Shown here piece by piece: positions 50,017-60,473 of a DNA stretch of 64,000 nucleotides. This stretch comes from Spirochaetia bacterium. GTDB lineage: Bacteria > Spirochaetota > Spirochaetia > CADAEX01. Under the pieces are notes generated by a model. It worked only from the letters and a program-made list of their open reading frames with translations, did not search any database and was not told the DNA's origin. The DNA lies in assembly GCA_963662265.2 (NCBI GenBank), contig CAXXHA010000029.1, positions 32,001 to 96,000 of the forward strand. The letters are read 5' to 3'. The translations under genes and the position numbers were made by a program. Position 1 is the first letter of the stretch. Each line of letters opens with the position of its first letter.

Positions 50017-50559
50017 TTATTTTTCATAAACAATTTTATGCTTTATATCAATACTGTTGTTCTGGAATTTTATATTGACGAGAATATGTGAACTGTCATT
50101 TATATCAGGAATTTCTGACAGGGGAATTGAAATCCTGTATATTTTTTCCTCATTTATTTCACGGGGAAGGAGATCAAAAATCTTTTCATAAAAACTGTCA
50201 ATTTTTGACAGTTTAACAGTAAGTTCCACCGGTATTTCCGGTTCCTTTTCATCTGGAACTGTCGGGTTTTTGTTTACTGAAGTAACACTGATAAGGAGAT
50301 TATCATTGTAAACAAATGTTTTCATCGAAAAAGTATAATTATCCCCGGTATATCTGTTGCCTGAAATTTTCTGATAAATAAGAAATCCTGATGAAAGTAA
50401 AACAATGAGTGCAATATCAAGCCAGAGAATCAGAAGAGACTTGTTTTTTCTTTTTTTCTTTTTATATTCCAGGACAGATTCCGGCATCATGGAATGCCTC
50501 TCTTCCCGGTTATAATGAAACTCATATTCAGGTTTTTCAGGTATCTTGTCATCATCCAT
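50017..50559 (-). CDS. Hypothetical single-pass membrane protein
   Basis: FHYNREER, basic patch, one TM helix. Confidence 0.65.
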   Translation of the reverse strand: MDDDKIPEKPEYEFHYNREERHSMMPESVLEYKKKKRKNKSLLILWLDIALIVLLSSGFLIYQKISGNRYTGDNYTFSMKTFVYNDNLLISVTSVNKNPTVPDEKEPEIPVELTVKLSKIDSFYEKIFDLLPREINEEKIYRISIPLSEIPDINDSSHILVNIKFQNNSIDIKHKIVYEK

Positions 50560-50574
50560 AATATATTAAATTCC

Positions 50575-52089
50575 TTAAATCAGGCCGGAAAAAACAGCTC
50601 TTAAAGCTTTCCCGGCATATTCAGCAAGTTTTTCCGATTTGAAAAAACCTTCTTCATTATAGCATAAAAGTCCCGCATACTGGTGGATTAGTACACCTGC
50701 GGAAGCTGCATCTTCACAACTCAGCCCATATGAAAGAAGAGCTGAAATAATTCCTGCAAGGACATCACCGCTTCCTGCTGTGGCCATTGCAGAATTGGAT
50801 CCGTCAATTACTGTTATTCTGCCGTCAGGAGAAGAAATCCATATTACATGTGATTTAAGAACTGTTACTGTATTGTGTTTTTCAGAAAAACTGCGGATTA
50901 TTTCGAGCGGATTGTCCTGGATTTCTTTTCCTGATAGGCCTGTAAGCCTTGAAAACTCCCCTATATGAGGAGTAATTACAGATCTGCTGTTGTTTATTAC
51001 AAATCCTTCAGAAACAAGTTCAGACAGAAGATTTAGTGCATCTGCATCAATTACACACGGGATCGAGTCCTGCGATAAAAGTGATTTCAGCCATTTTTTC
51101 TTATTTACAGAGATCCCCCAGCCGGGGCCTACAGCAGCAGCACTGTATTTTTCAAGGGAGGATTTGTCAAAACAGCTGTAATCCTCCGTCCCTGTTATTA
51201 TTGATGGCGATATATTGGGGATGCTGATCAGCTCTTTCGGCAACTTGAGTGTAACAAGACCTGAAAGCGAATTAAGTGCAGCTGAGGCGCATAGAATTGC
51301 AGCCCCTGTCATTCCTTCAGAGCCTGCCAGTATAAGTGTGTGTCCCTTTGTGTTTTTATAGGAATAGGGGGACGGAGGATTTATAAGTGACTTAAGATCC
51401 TCAAATTCAAGGTAGCGGTTTTTAATTTTATCATCTTCTGTGAGATCGGGAGGAAACCCTATTGGGACACAGATTATCTTGCCGCATTTTTTTCTACCCG
51501 AAGGGGTGAGCAGTGATAATTTCGGGATTTCAACTGTCAGGGTTATATCTGCATCAACTGCGCAGTAACCTTCTATATAACTATCTCCGATTCCCGACGG
51601 AATGTCGATTGAACAGACTTTTGCAGAAGAGATGTTTATATGTCCGGTAATTTCTGCAGGTATATTTCCAAGTTCGCCTTTGAGTCCTGTACCAGAAAGA
51701 CCTTCAATAATCCATTCAGAGTCACTTATACACGCACAGGCAGTTTCCTTTTCTTCAGACCAGTCGATAATATCAATTCCGAGAGCCCGGCAGCTGTCAA
51801 GATGAGTCTTTACAAGTCCTTCTCTGAAACTGCTGTCTGGAATTATTACAGAACTAGTGCCTTTATTAAGGAAATGCTGTCTTGCCATTACAAGAGAATC
51901 ACCGCCATTGTTTCCTTTCCCTGCAATAAAAACAGTTTTTTCAGGGAGAATACCCTCCCAGACATTGTCAAGAAGAGAATTGTAAAGTTTTATTCCGGCA
52001 TTTTCCATGAGAACTATTCCGGGAATAAAATAATCAGACTGGGCTTTCCGGTCGATTTCCCCCATCTGTAGAGAACTTACTAATTTCAT
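50575..52089 (-). CDS. nnr: Bifunctional NAD(P)H-hydrate epimerase/dehydratase
   Basis: LMENAG, GKGNNGGD, DIPSG, GPG.G, IDADAL, TPH.GEF, ATAGSGDVLAG. Confidence 0.92.
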   Translation of the reverse strand: MKLVSSLQMGEIDRKAQSDYFIPGIVLMENAGIKLYNSLLDNVWEGILPEKTVFIAGKGNNGGDSLVMARQHFLNKGTSSVIIPDSSFREGLVKTHLDSCRALGIDIIDWSEEKETACACISDSEWIIEGLSGTGLKGELGNIPAEITGHINISSAKVCSIDIPSGIGDSYIEGYCAVDADITLTVEIPKLSLLTPSGRKKCGKIICVPIGFPPDLTEDDKIKNRYLEFEDLKSLINPPSPYSYKNTKGHTLILAGSEGMTGAAILCASAALNSLSGLVTLKLPKELISIPNISPSIITGTEDYSCFDKSSLEKYSAAAVGPGWGISVNKKKWLKSLLSQDSIPCVIDADALNLLSELVSEGFVINNSRSVITPHIGEFSRLTGLSGKEIQDNPLEIIRSFSEKHNTVTVLKSHVIWISSPDGRITVIDGSNSAMATAGSGDVLAGIISALLSYGLSCEDAASAGVLIHQYAGLLCYNEEGFFKSEKLAEYAGKALRAVFSGLI

Positions 52090-53301
52090 CTATTTATCCT
52101 TTAAAATCTGATCAGTCCTCCACCATACTACAGAAGAATTATCAGTTCCTGATAGAATTGATGTAATTATTCCATTGCTGTCCAGATCAAAATCCATGCT
52201 GTTTAATGCACTGTCACCTGTATTGAGTTTTGTTGTATATAAAACATTACCATCTGTGTTGAGTATCAAAAGCTGATAACTGTTGTCTCCAACAATTGAT
52301 GACAGGAATATCTTGTCATTACCGACAATCCCCAGTGTATTGTATATAACCTGAAGCCTCTCATCACTGAAAGATATAGTACTGCTGCTGCTGGTAAATG
52401 CTTCTGGAATATCTGTGATTGTATCGAAATTCCCTGTATCAAGATTAAGTACATAGATTGCTGATTTAAAGTAATCTACATCAGTTTCCTTTCCAGTCTG
52501 TTTATTGATAATTCTTTTATAGAAATCGCATTTTATAAATAATTTATGATCACTTTCAGGGATCTGTACAGAATCTACTGTAAGGAGAATATTCCGGTCT
52601 TCAGGTGCTGGAATTGAAGTATTTCTTATATCAATCTGATAGAGAAGCTGGCCAGTGCTGTCAAACCAGTAAACAGGGTTTGAATCTGATGTCTTTGAAA
52701 CAACAACAAGATTGTTTTCCGAATTTGTCTGCATATCAGTAATATAGGGAAAAGGCATTCCTCCTGGACCATCCTGACCGATATAATCTGAATAATTCCC
52801 ACCTCTGTCAAAACGGTAGACAACTCCTGTAAGCATTGTATTGAGGTTGTTGTCCCATTCCTGCCTGTCAGGAGGGAGAAGATCACTTACATATATATTC
52901 TGATTGGAATCCACAGCTATTGAAGAAGCATTGTTAAACGGGAAAGAAATACCTTTTCTGTTTGATATAACATCTGTACTGTTATCCCTTTCCACAATAA
53001 TCGGGACAGGATTGAGTTTCTCATTCATTATCACAGACAGCAAGTCTCCGTATGAGTTGAATTTCATCACTTTCTGGAGATTCCCATTCAGTAAATAAAT
53101 AATACCATCTTTCATTGCAAGATCAGTTGAAATAGGAATATCAAATGATTTTTTCTGTGTCAGATCAATTTCATCTTCGAGTTTGCCGTAACTTATATCA
53201 AAAAGTTTTTCCCTTTTAATATAATCAGATTTTCCGGATCCGCAGGAAATTGCGGAAAACATTATAAGCAGGATTATTATTGTTTTTATTGTTTTTTCCA
53301 T
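52090..53301 (-). CDS. Spirochaetal lipoprotein, probable beta-propeller
   Basis: Lipobox AISC; KVMKFNSYGDLL, IAVDS..NIYV, IGQDG.GG.PFP. Confidence 0.7.
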   Translation of the reverse strand: MEKTIKTIIILLIMFSAISCGSGKSDYIKREKLFDISYGKLEDEIDLTQKKSFDIPISTDLAMKDGIIYLLNGNLQKVMKFNSYGDLLSVIMNEKLNPVPIIVERDNSTDVISNRKGISFPFNNASSIAVDSNQNIYVSDLLPPDRQEWDNNLNTMLTGVVYRFDRGGNYSDYIGQDGPGGMPFPYITDMQTNSENNLVVVSKTSDSNPVYWFDSTGQLLYQIDIRNTSIPAPEDRNILLTVDSVQIPESDHKLFIKCDFYKRIINKQTGKETDVDYFKSAIYVLNLDTGNFDTITDIPEAFTSSSSTISFSDERLQVIYNTLGIVGNDKIFLSSIVGDNSYQLLILNTDGNVLYTTKLNTGDSALNSMDFDLDSNGIITSILSGTDNSSVVWWRTDQILKDK

Positions 53302-53681
53302 TGCTGAAAATGATACTATTACACATATTTAATGTCAATCTTGACTGTATATACAAAAAAAATATAAATTAATTTGGTTTAATACAGATTAATTTGTTAT
53401 TATTCATATACAGCATTTGTGCATGAAAAAAGGCATAATTTACCCATATGTCAGATTGCAGATGACTGGTTAGTAAAGTAACGGTCAGTAAAATAAATGC
53501 AGGCAGGGGAAGGTTACTATAAAAGATATGGATTGTATAGCAGGTTTTATACAATCTAACGAAATAGACTATCGTCTGTACTTGAAAATAAAAATACGCA
53601 GCAGGCTGCGGGAAATCTGTCCAGGAATTATCAGGAATATAAAACCCGCCCTGTGAATAAATATCAGGAGAATATCAGTAT

Positions 53682-56372
53682 ATGATTACTAAAATAGTTG
53701 AAACTGTTTTCGGTTCGAAACATGAAAAAGATTTAAAGGAACTTCTTCCTATTCTTCATAAAGTAAATGAAAAAGAGGGTTGGGCTGTTGCTCTTTCAGA
53801 CAGTGAACTGAAAGAACAGACTGCTGTGTTGAGAGGAAGGCTTAACAACGGGGAAACAACAGATGATATTCTCCCTGAAGCATTTGCAGTTGCAAGAGAA
53901 GCTGCAAGAAGAACTCTAGGGGAACGGCCCTATGATGTGCAGATCCTGGGAGGGATTGTACTTCACCAGGGCAAGATTACAGAAATGAAAACCGGCGAGG
54001 GTAAAACACTTTCCAGTGTCACAGCTGCCTATCTTAATGCACTTACAGGCGAAGGTGTCCATATTGTAACAGTCAATGATTATCTTGCTGAAAGGGATGC
54101 CGGCTGGATGAAGCCTGTTTATGACCTTCTTGGAATTACTGTTGGGTTTATTATTTCAAATATGACTAACGAGGTCAGGCAGAAAGCTTATGAATGCGAT
54201 ATTACATACGGAACAAACAATGAACTTGGATTTGACTATCTCAGGGATAATATGAGATGGAAAAATTCAGAAATTGTTCAGAGATCCCATCATTTCTGTA
54301 TAATTGATGAAATAGACTCAATTCTTATTGATGAAGCAAGAACTCCGCTTATTATTTCAGGTGCGGCTGATGATGATACCAGGAAATTCTATGAAGTAAA
54401 CAAAATAGTGAATCAGCTTTATGAATGCGGGAAAGATCCTGAAACTGGTGAATACCCTGAAGAGCCATCCGGTGATTATAAAATCGATGAAAAGGGCAAG
54501 AGGGTGACTTTTACCGATGAAGGTATGAATAATCTTGAAAAAATACTTATCAGAAACGGTATTATAAGGGACTCACTTTTTATCGATGAAAATTTCGAAT
54601 ATGTGCATTATATGACACAGGCTCTCAAGGCTCACCTTCTTTTCCACAAGGATGTTGACTATGTTATTCAGCAGGGACTTGTTCAGATTGTTGATGAGTT
54701 TACAGGCCGTATACTTTCAGGAAGACGTTATTCAGACGGGCTTCATCAGGCGATTGAGGCAAAGGAAAAGATAAAGGTAGCCCAGAGAAACAAGACTCTC
54801 GCCACAATTACATTCCAGAACTTTTTCAGGCTTTATGACAAGATATCCGGTATGACAGGTACTGCCGATACTGAAGCGAGGGAATTCGCGAGAATTTACA
54901 ATCTTGATGTAGTTGTTATACCCACCAACAAACCTGTTGCAAGGCTTGACCAGGATGATGAAATATATCTCAATGAAGATTTCAAGATAAATGCTATATG
55001 TGATGAAATATCAGATGCTCACAGCAAGGGACAGCCGATACTTGTCGGTACTGTTACTATCGAAAAATCTGAACTGATTTCAAAAGCGCTTACAAAACGG
55101 GGTATACGTCATGAGATCCTGAATGCAAAGAATCATGCAAGGGAAGCATTGATAATTGCAGAAGCGGGGGCAAAGGGTGCAGTAACTATTGCAACAAACA
55201 TGGCAGGACGAGGTACTGATATCAAGCTCGGGGGTAACCCGGAGTTCAGGGCGAGAAAAACTGCAGGGACTGAAGCTGGTGAGGAAGAATACAGAAAAGC
55301 ATATATCCGCGAGTATGAAAAGTGGAAAAAAGACTATGAAGAGGTTAAAAACTGCGGAGGACTCTTTGTACTCGGTACTGAACGGCATGAATCAAGGCGA
55401 ATCGATAATCAGCTGAGGGGACGATCAGGCCGTCAGGGTGACCCGGGGCGTTCCAAGTTTTATATTTCTCTCGATGATACACTCATGAGACTTTTCGGCG
55501 GGGAGAACATGAAAAACCTGATGTCAAAGGCTGGAATGAAGGATGATGAGCCTATTCATCATCCATGGATAAGCAAATCAATAGAAAAGGCACAGAAAAG
55601 GGTTGAAGAAAGAAATTATGAAATAAGAAAGCATCTTCTTGAATTTGATGATGTACTCAATGAACACAGGAAATACATTTATACTCAGAGAGATTCAATA
55701 CTTTCCGATGAAAACCAGAAAGAGAGAATAATATCCATAGTAGATGAATATCTGAGTGAAATATTCCCTGATGTGAAAACTCCTGTGGAAAACAGTCAGT
55801 CGGCAGAAATGCTGGCAGAAACTCTGATGTACAAGCCGGAAATTGATCAGGAAAAACTGGAAGAGATGACTGCTGATGAATTCCGTGATGAAGTTTATAA
55901 GGCAATCAAGGCTGACATGGATGACAAGGAAGATCAGCTTGGAAAGGAAAATTTCAACATGTTTGCAAAAATAGAATACATGAGATCTATTGATGCGAAA
56001 TGGCAGGATCATCTTGAAAACCTTGAAGCGCTTAGAGAGGCTGTTTACCTCAGAACTTACGGGCAGAAAAATCCTCTACTTGAATATAAGCTTGAAGGAT
56101 TTGAAATTTTTGACAACCTGATTGAAGATATCAGGAAAGCTGTGGTGAGAAAACTGATAAATGTGAGAATAAGAAATTTCGACAGCGACAGGAAATCCAC
56201 GGCTGATACAGCTGCACAGGCGACACACCAGGCGATGAATCAGCTTTCTTCGGGTTCTGCTAATTCAAAACCTTCCGGAGTACAGGTGAAGAGAAGTGTG
56301 CCCAAGGTTGGGCGGAATGATATGTGCCCCTGCGGAAGCGGCAAGAAATATAAGCACTGCCACGGCCGGTAG
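53682..56372 (+). CDS. secA: Preprotein translocase ATPase
   Basis: [62 protein letters not shown]. Confidence 0.98.
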   Translation: MITKIVETVFGSKHEKDLKELLPILHKVNEKEGWAVALSDSELKEQTAVLRGRLNNGETTDDILPEAFAVAREAARRTLGERPYDVQILGGIVLHQGKITEMKTGEGKTLSSVTAAYLNALTGEGVHIVTVNDYLAERDAGWMKPVYDLLGITVGFIISNMTNEVRQKAYECDITYGTNNELGFDYLRDNMRWKNSEIVQRSHHFCIIDEIDSILIDEARTPLIISGAADDDTRKFYEVNKIVNQLYECGKDPETGEYPEEPSGDYKIDEKGKRVTFTDEGMNNLEKILIRNGIIRDSLFIDENFEYVHYMTQALKAHLLFHKDVDYVIQQGLVQIVDEFTGRILSGRRYSDGLHQAIEAKEKIKVAQRNKTLATITFQNFFRLYDKISGMTGTADTEAREFARIYNLDVVVIPTNKPVARLDQDDEIYLNEDFKINAICDEISDAHSKGQPILVGTVTIEKSELISKALTKRGIRHEILNAKNHAREALIIAEAGAKGAVTIATNMAGRGTDIKLGGNPEFRARKTAGTEAGEEEYRKAYIREYEKWKKDYEEVKNCGGLFVLGTERHESRRIDNQLRGRSGRQGDPGRSKFYISLDDTLMRLFGGENMKNLMSKAGMKDDEPIHHPWISKSIEKAQKRVEERNYEIRKHLLEFDDVLNEHRKYIYTQRDSILSDENQKERIISIVDEYLSEIFPDVKTPVENSQSAEMLAETLMYKPEIDQEKLEEMTADEFRDEVYKAIKADMDDKEDQLGKENFNMFAKIEYMRSIDAKWQDHLENLEALREAVYLRTYGQKNPLLEYKLEGFEIFDNLIEDIRKAVVRKLINVRIRNFDSDRKSTADTAAQATHQAMNQLSSGSANSKPSGVQVKRSVPKVGRNDMCPCGSGKKYKHCHGR

Positions 56373-56387
56373 GTTTTTGGTTTGGTT

Positions 56388-57295
56388 TTATGGGGACGGA
56401 GGAGCCCCTTTTTGTATAGGCAGATTTGACTTGCTTGGGGTTATGGGGACGGAGGATTACTCTGCCATTTTCTGCTCTGTTTAACAGGGACGTAGGACTC
56501 TATCTTTTACCGGATTTGAAGCAATATTGATAATTACTCTGTTAATTAAGGCATGAGACGTCCCCGGCAGCTTAAAGAAAATGCATTATATCATATTACT
56601 GCCAGAACAAACAGGCAGGAATTTATTCTTGAATCTGATGCAATAAAGCAGCTATTTATGTTGATTGTTATCAGGGCTAAAAAGATATACAGCTTTAAAA
56701 TATATAATTTTTGTATTATGGACAATCATATCCATTTTCTTATTAAGCCATTGTATTCAAAAGATTTACCTAAAATAATGCAATGGATTTTGAGTAATTT
56801 TGCTGTTAAATACAACAGGATGAACGGTTTTCACGGACATGTGTGGTATGACAGGTATAAAAGTGTAATTGAAGAATCGTATAGCCAGTTTATAAAAGCT
56901 TATGAGTATATAAGCAATAATCCTGTAAAGGCTGGAATTGTTAAAAATGCAGAAGAATACTATTACAGCGGAAGTTTATTTATAAAAAACAGAATACATG
57001 AAATTATTGAGCCGCCCGGGAATTTTTCTTTTTTATGAAATATAATAATTAAAATTATTTTAATCTGTTTAAAAATCAAAGTAGTTGTGTTAAAGAAACA
57101 CTGATCCATAATTAAAAAATATGTAGTTATAAATAATTTACATTACAGTAATATAATAAATACTTAAATTAAAAAATAATCTCACCAAAAAAATTATCAA
57201 GGAAAAATACTTGTTTAAAATAACAAGAATATAAAAAGTACTAAGTTGAGAGGGAGGATAATATTAAGATTGTCTTAAAATAATCCTCCGTCCCC
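56388..57295. repeat. GGGACGGAGGA motif copies flanking the RAYT gene
   Basis: Plus-strand copies at 56388-56403, 56441-56460 and 56484-56497 (one mismatch); inverted copy at 57281-57295. Confidence 0.8.
56553..57038 (+). CDS. Y1 HUH transposase, REP-associated (RAYT-like)
   Basis: R..R...YHITAR.N, CIMDNHIH (HUH), YN...GHVW..RY, YI..NPVKAG. Confidence 0.88.
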   Translation: MRRPRQLKENALYHITARTNRQEFILESDAIKQLFMLIVIRAKKIYSFKIYNFCIMDNHIHFLIKPLYSKDLPKIMQWILSNFAVKYNRMNGFHGHVWYDRYKSVIEESYSQFIKAYEYISNNPVKAGIVKNAEEYYYSGSLFIKNRIHEIIEPPGNFSFL

Positions 57296-57304
57296 TTAAA
57301 AACA

Positions 57305-58528
57305 CTAATTCAGCTGCTTCAGCGGATCAATCGGTTTCTGGTTCTTGTAGATCGAAAAGTGGAGATGCGGTCCGGTACTCCGCCCTGTGTTTCCAAGCTC
57401 TGCAATTATCTGCCCCTGTGAAATATTCTGCCCCTTTCTAACCAGATACTTATTCAGGTGGGCATACAGCGACTGATAACCGCCGGGGTGCTTTATAATT
57501 ATATAATTGCCGTAAACAAGACTTCTTCCGGTTTTAAGGACTTTACCGTCAAGTGTCGCTTTGACTGCTGTTCCTGTCTTGTTTGCTATATCAATACCAC
57601 TATGCATGCTTCTTCTGCCGGTGAACGGGTCTTTTCTGTAGCCGAAGGGTGATGTAATTCTCCCTTTTACAGGAAAAAGGAAAAGTTCCCCGAGAGTCTT
57701 TTTCAGTTCGAAAGAACTTATTGTAGCATCAGGAATGAAAAGTTTCTGTCCTGTTCTTATGAGGGAAGATTCAAGATCATTCATATCGAGAAGGCGGTTG
57801 AATGAAATATCATATTTCCCGGCAATTCTGCTCAGCGAATCACCTTTTCTCACTTCATACATGATACCGTCATACTGGGGTATGTTGAGTACTGTTCCTT
57901 TGTAAAGTTTTTTTGCATTTTTAATTTTGTTGAAACTGATAACTGTCCCTATTGAGACATTATGTTTTGATGCTATTGTTGAGAGGGAATCACCGTTTTT
58001 CACAGTATATTTTTTAATTTTAAGACCTTTCAGTATTGACAGATCAACTTCCTCTGTATTTTTCTGTTTTTCTCCGTTGTTCAGGAATACAGATTTCATA
58101 CTGTCTTCAACAGATGAATCTTTCTGAAACATGATAAAATCTTCAGCAGGATTAACTGCTGTTGATGATATTGAGCTTGAAAAAATAAATCCGAATAGAA
58201 TCAGAAACGCAGTTCCGCTTGTGAAAATATATCTGATTTTCAACGAGAACTTTTTCTTCCTCTTTGCTGATTCTTTCTTTTTCTCTTCAATCTTTAATCT
58301 GAGATGTGAAATAATCTGTTTCGGCAGGATCAAGCTGTTTTTACGTATCCTGTTTCTTCTGAAATTCTGCTTGAAATTCTGTTTTACAGAATTTACAGGC
58401 CTTGAATGTCGGTAATGAGATTTTACCTTTCCGTTAACAGGTTTACTGTTCCATATCATGGAATTACTGTTAACTGATTTTCTGTTTCGTTTGACTATTT
58501 TCTGCTTAAAATTAAGTAAATTATCCAT
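57305..58528 (-). CDS. LysM (x2) plus M23 peptidase
   Basis: YTVKNGDSLS.IA, YEVRKGDSLS.IA, HSGID, STGPHLHF. Confidence 0.9.
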   Translation of the reverse strand: MDNLLNFKQKIVKRNRKSVNSNSMIWNSKPVNGKVKSHYRHSRPVNSVKQNFKQNFRRNRIRKNSLILPKQIISHLRLKIEEKKKESAKRKKKFSLKIRYIFTSGTAFLILFGFIFSSSISSTAVNPAEDFIMFQKDSSVEDSMKSVFLNNGEKQKNTEEVDLSILKGLKIKKYTVKNGDSLSTIASKHNVSIGTVISFNKIKNAKKLYKGTVLNIPQYDGIMYEVRKGDSLSRIAGKYDISFNRLLDMNDLESSLIRTGQKLFIPDATISSFELKKTLGELFLFPVKGRITSPFGYRKDPFTGRRSMHSGIDIANKTGTAVKATLDGKVLKTGRSLVYGNYIIIKHPGGYQSLYAHLNKYLVRKGQNISQGQIIAELGNTGRSTGPHLHFSIYKNQKPIDPLKQLN

Positions 58529-58580
58529 AAATACTTTATTTATATCGACAATTAAAGCGGAACATATTAATATACTTTTA

Positions 58581-60473
58581 ATGAAAATTCAGAATAAGGA
58601 TTTAAGAAAAACAATATTTACTGTTTTCACAGCTCTGGTAATTTTTATTATTACAGCCAAGTACCTGTCAGTTATGCTTTTTTCCTTCAGCAGTGATGAT
58701 GCTTTTATAAATGAGAAACCCATGGTCGAAAGAGGGCCTATTCTTGACAGGAATGGAAGAATACTGGCTATACAGACACGCCTTTATTCAGTGACAGCGT
58801 GGATTCCTGGTATTATTGACAAGGAAAAAACTGCTGAAATCCTTTCATCTGAACTTGATATTGATTATAACCAGCTCCTGTCTGATCTTGAAAACCGAAA
58901 CAGGTTTATGTATGTCAAAAGAAAGATATCACCTTCTGAGAGTGAAGTTATACAGCAGTTTATTGATGAAGGACGACTTCCCGGAATAGGACTTGAACCT
59001 GAATATGGGAGAAATTATCCTGAAAAAAAACTTGCTTCCCATCTTATTGGATATACAGGGACAGATAATAAAGGGCTTGATGGTATAGAATATACATATG
59101 ACAGTGTTCTTTCTCCTCTTCCTCAGTCAGGTAAAAAAAGAGGTAAAATAAAGGAAACATACGGCAACCAGGTATTCCTTACAATCGATATGAATATCCA
59201 GAATTTTGCCTATCAGGCATCTCTGGAAGCTTACCGGAAATATGATGCGGATTCTGTAATAACTCTGGCAATGGAGGCTGATACAGGTGAAATTCTTGCC
59301 TATGTATCTGTTCCTGAGATTGACCCGAATAATTTTTCTGATTCAACTAAAAATGAAAGAATCAACCGCCCTCTAAATGTGGCATATGAACCTGGTTCTG
59401 TATTCAAGATATTTTCCGTAGCATCTGCATTGGATCTTGGTGGAATTGACCGGAATACAGTATTACACTGTAACGGTTACTATGAGATTAAGCTGGAAAA
59501 TACCGATCCGATAAAAATTAAATGTCTGGGTAATCACGGTGATGTTACAGCTGAAACAATACTTAAATACTCCTGCAACTCGGGGGCTGCCTATGCTGCT
59601 GAAACATTATCTGATGATTCATTTTACCAGATGCTTAAAATGTTTGACTTCGGGACAAGGACCAACCTTCCTCTTCCCGGCGAGAGCAAAGGGCTGTTGA
59701 GAAACTACACCGACTGGTCTTTAAGGTCAAAGCCTACAATATCTTTCGGGCAGGAGATATCTGTTTCCGCGATGCAGATGGTGAAAGCCGCAACTGTGTT
59801 TGCGAACAAGGGGATGATGCTTAAGCCCCATATAGTGAAAAAAGTGCTTTCACATGACGGCAGGATTATTGAAGAAAACAGAAGGGAACCCATAAGGCAG
59901 GTGCTTCTTCCTGAGACTGCTGACCAGATACTTGAAATGATGCTGAGTGTATCAAAACATGACGGCGGGACCGGATGGAGAGCTGCTGTTGACGGTATTG
60001 ATATGTCTGTAAAAACAGGTACAGCACAGCTTCTTGACAGGGAAACCGGTAAATACTCTGATAAATCATATATATCATCATGCATGGCTATATTCCCTCA
60101 GGAAGATCCTGAAATAATTCTTTATAATGTAATTATTAATTCAAAAAAGAAAAGTATATACGGAGGTGTTATATCAGCCCCCCTTGTAGGTAAAGTGGCA
60201 GATAAGATTGTATCGTATCTTGGAATACCGAGAAAGGGTGATGTAGTTGTCGATCATTCAGGACGAGTGGTGCTCACAAAACCTGAATATGTCAGTGAAA
60301 TAGGGGATACAGTTCCTGATTTTACCGGACTGTCAAAGAAACAGATACTTCCAGCTCTAAAAGATCCCCGGCTTGATATAGTGATTAATGGTGAGGGCTG
60401 GGTGTATCAGCAGTCTCCGCCTCCGGGCACGGAAATAAAAGGAAAAACAGCAATTACACTGGATTTGAAATGA
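58581..60473 (+). CDS. Class B penicillin-binding protein (FtsI-like) with PASTA domain
   Basis: RGPILDRNG, YEPGSVFK (SxxK), SCN, KTGTA, VPDFTGL. Confidence 0.9.
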   Translation: MKIQNKDLRKTIFTVFTALVIFIITAKYLSVMLFSFSSDDAFINEKPMVERGPILDRNGRILAIQTRLYSVTAWIPGIIDKEKTAEILSSELDIDYNQLLSDLENRNRFMYVKRKISPSESEVIQQFIDEGRLPGIGLEPEYGRNYPEKKLASHLIGYTGTDNKGLDGIEYTYDSVLSPLPQSGKKRGKIKETYGNQVFLTIDMNIQNFAYQASLEAYRKYDADSVITLAMEADTGEILAYVSVPEIDPNNFSDSTKNERINRPLNVAYEPGSVFKIFSVASALDLGGIDRNTVLHCNGYYEIKLENTDPIKIKCLGNHGDVTAETILKYSCNSGAAYAAETLSDDSFYQMLKMFDFGTRTNLPLPGESKGLLRNYTDWSLRSKPTISFGQEISVSAMQMVKAATVFANKGMMLKPHIVKKVLSHDGRIIEENRREPIRQVLLPETADQILEMMLSVSKHDGGTGWRAAVDGIDMSVKTGTAQLLDRETGKYSDKSYISSCMAIFPQEDPEIILYNVIINSKKKSIYGGVISAPLVGKVADKIVSYLGIPRKGDVVVDHSGRVVLTKPEYVSEIGDTVPDFTGLSKKQILPALKDPRLDIVINGEGWVYQQSPPPGTEIKGKTAITLDLK

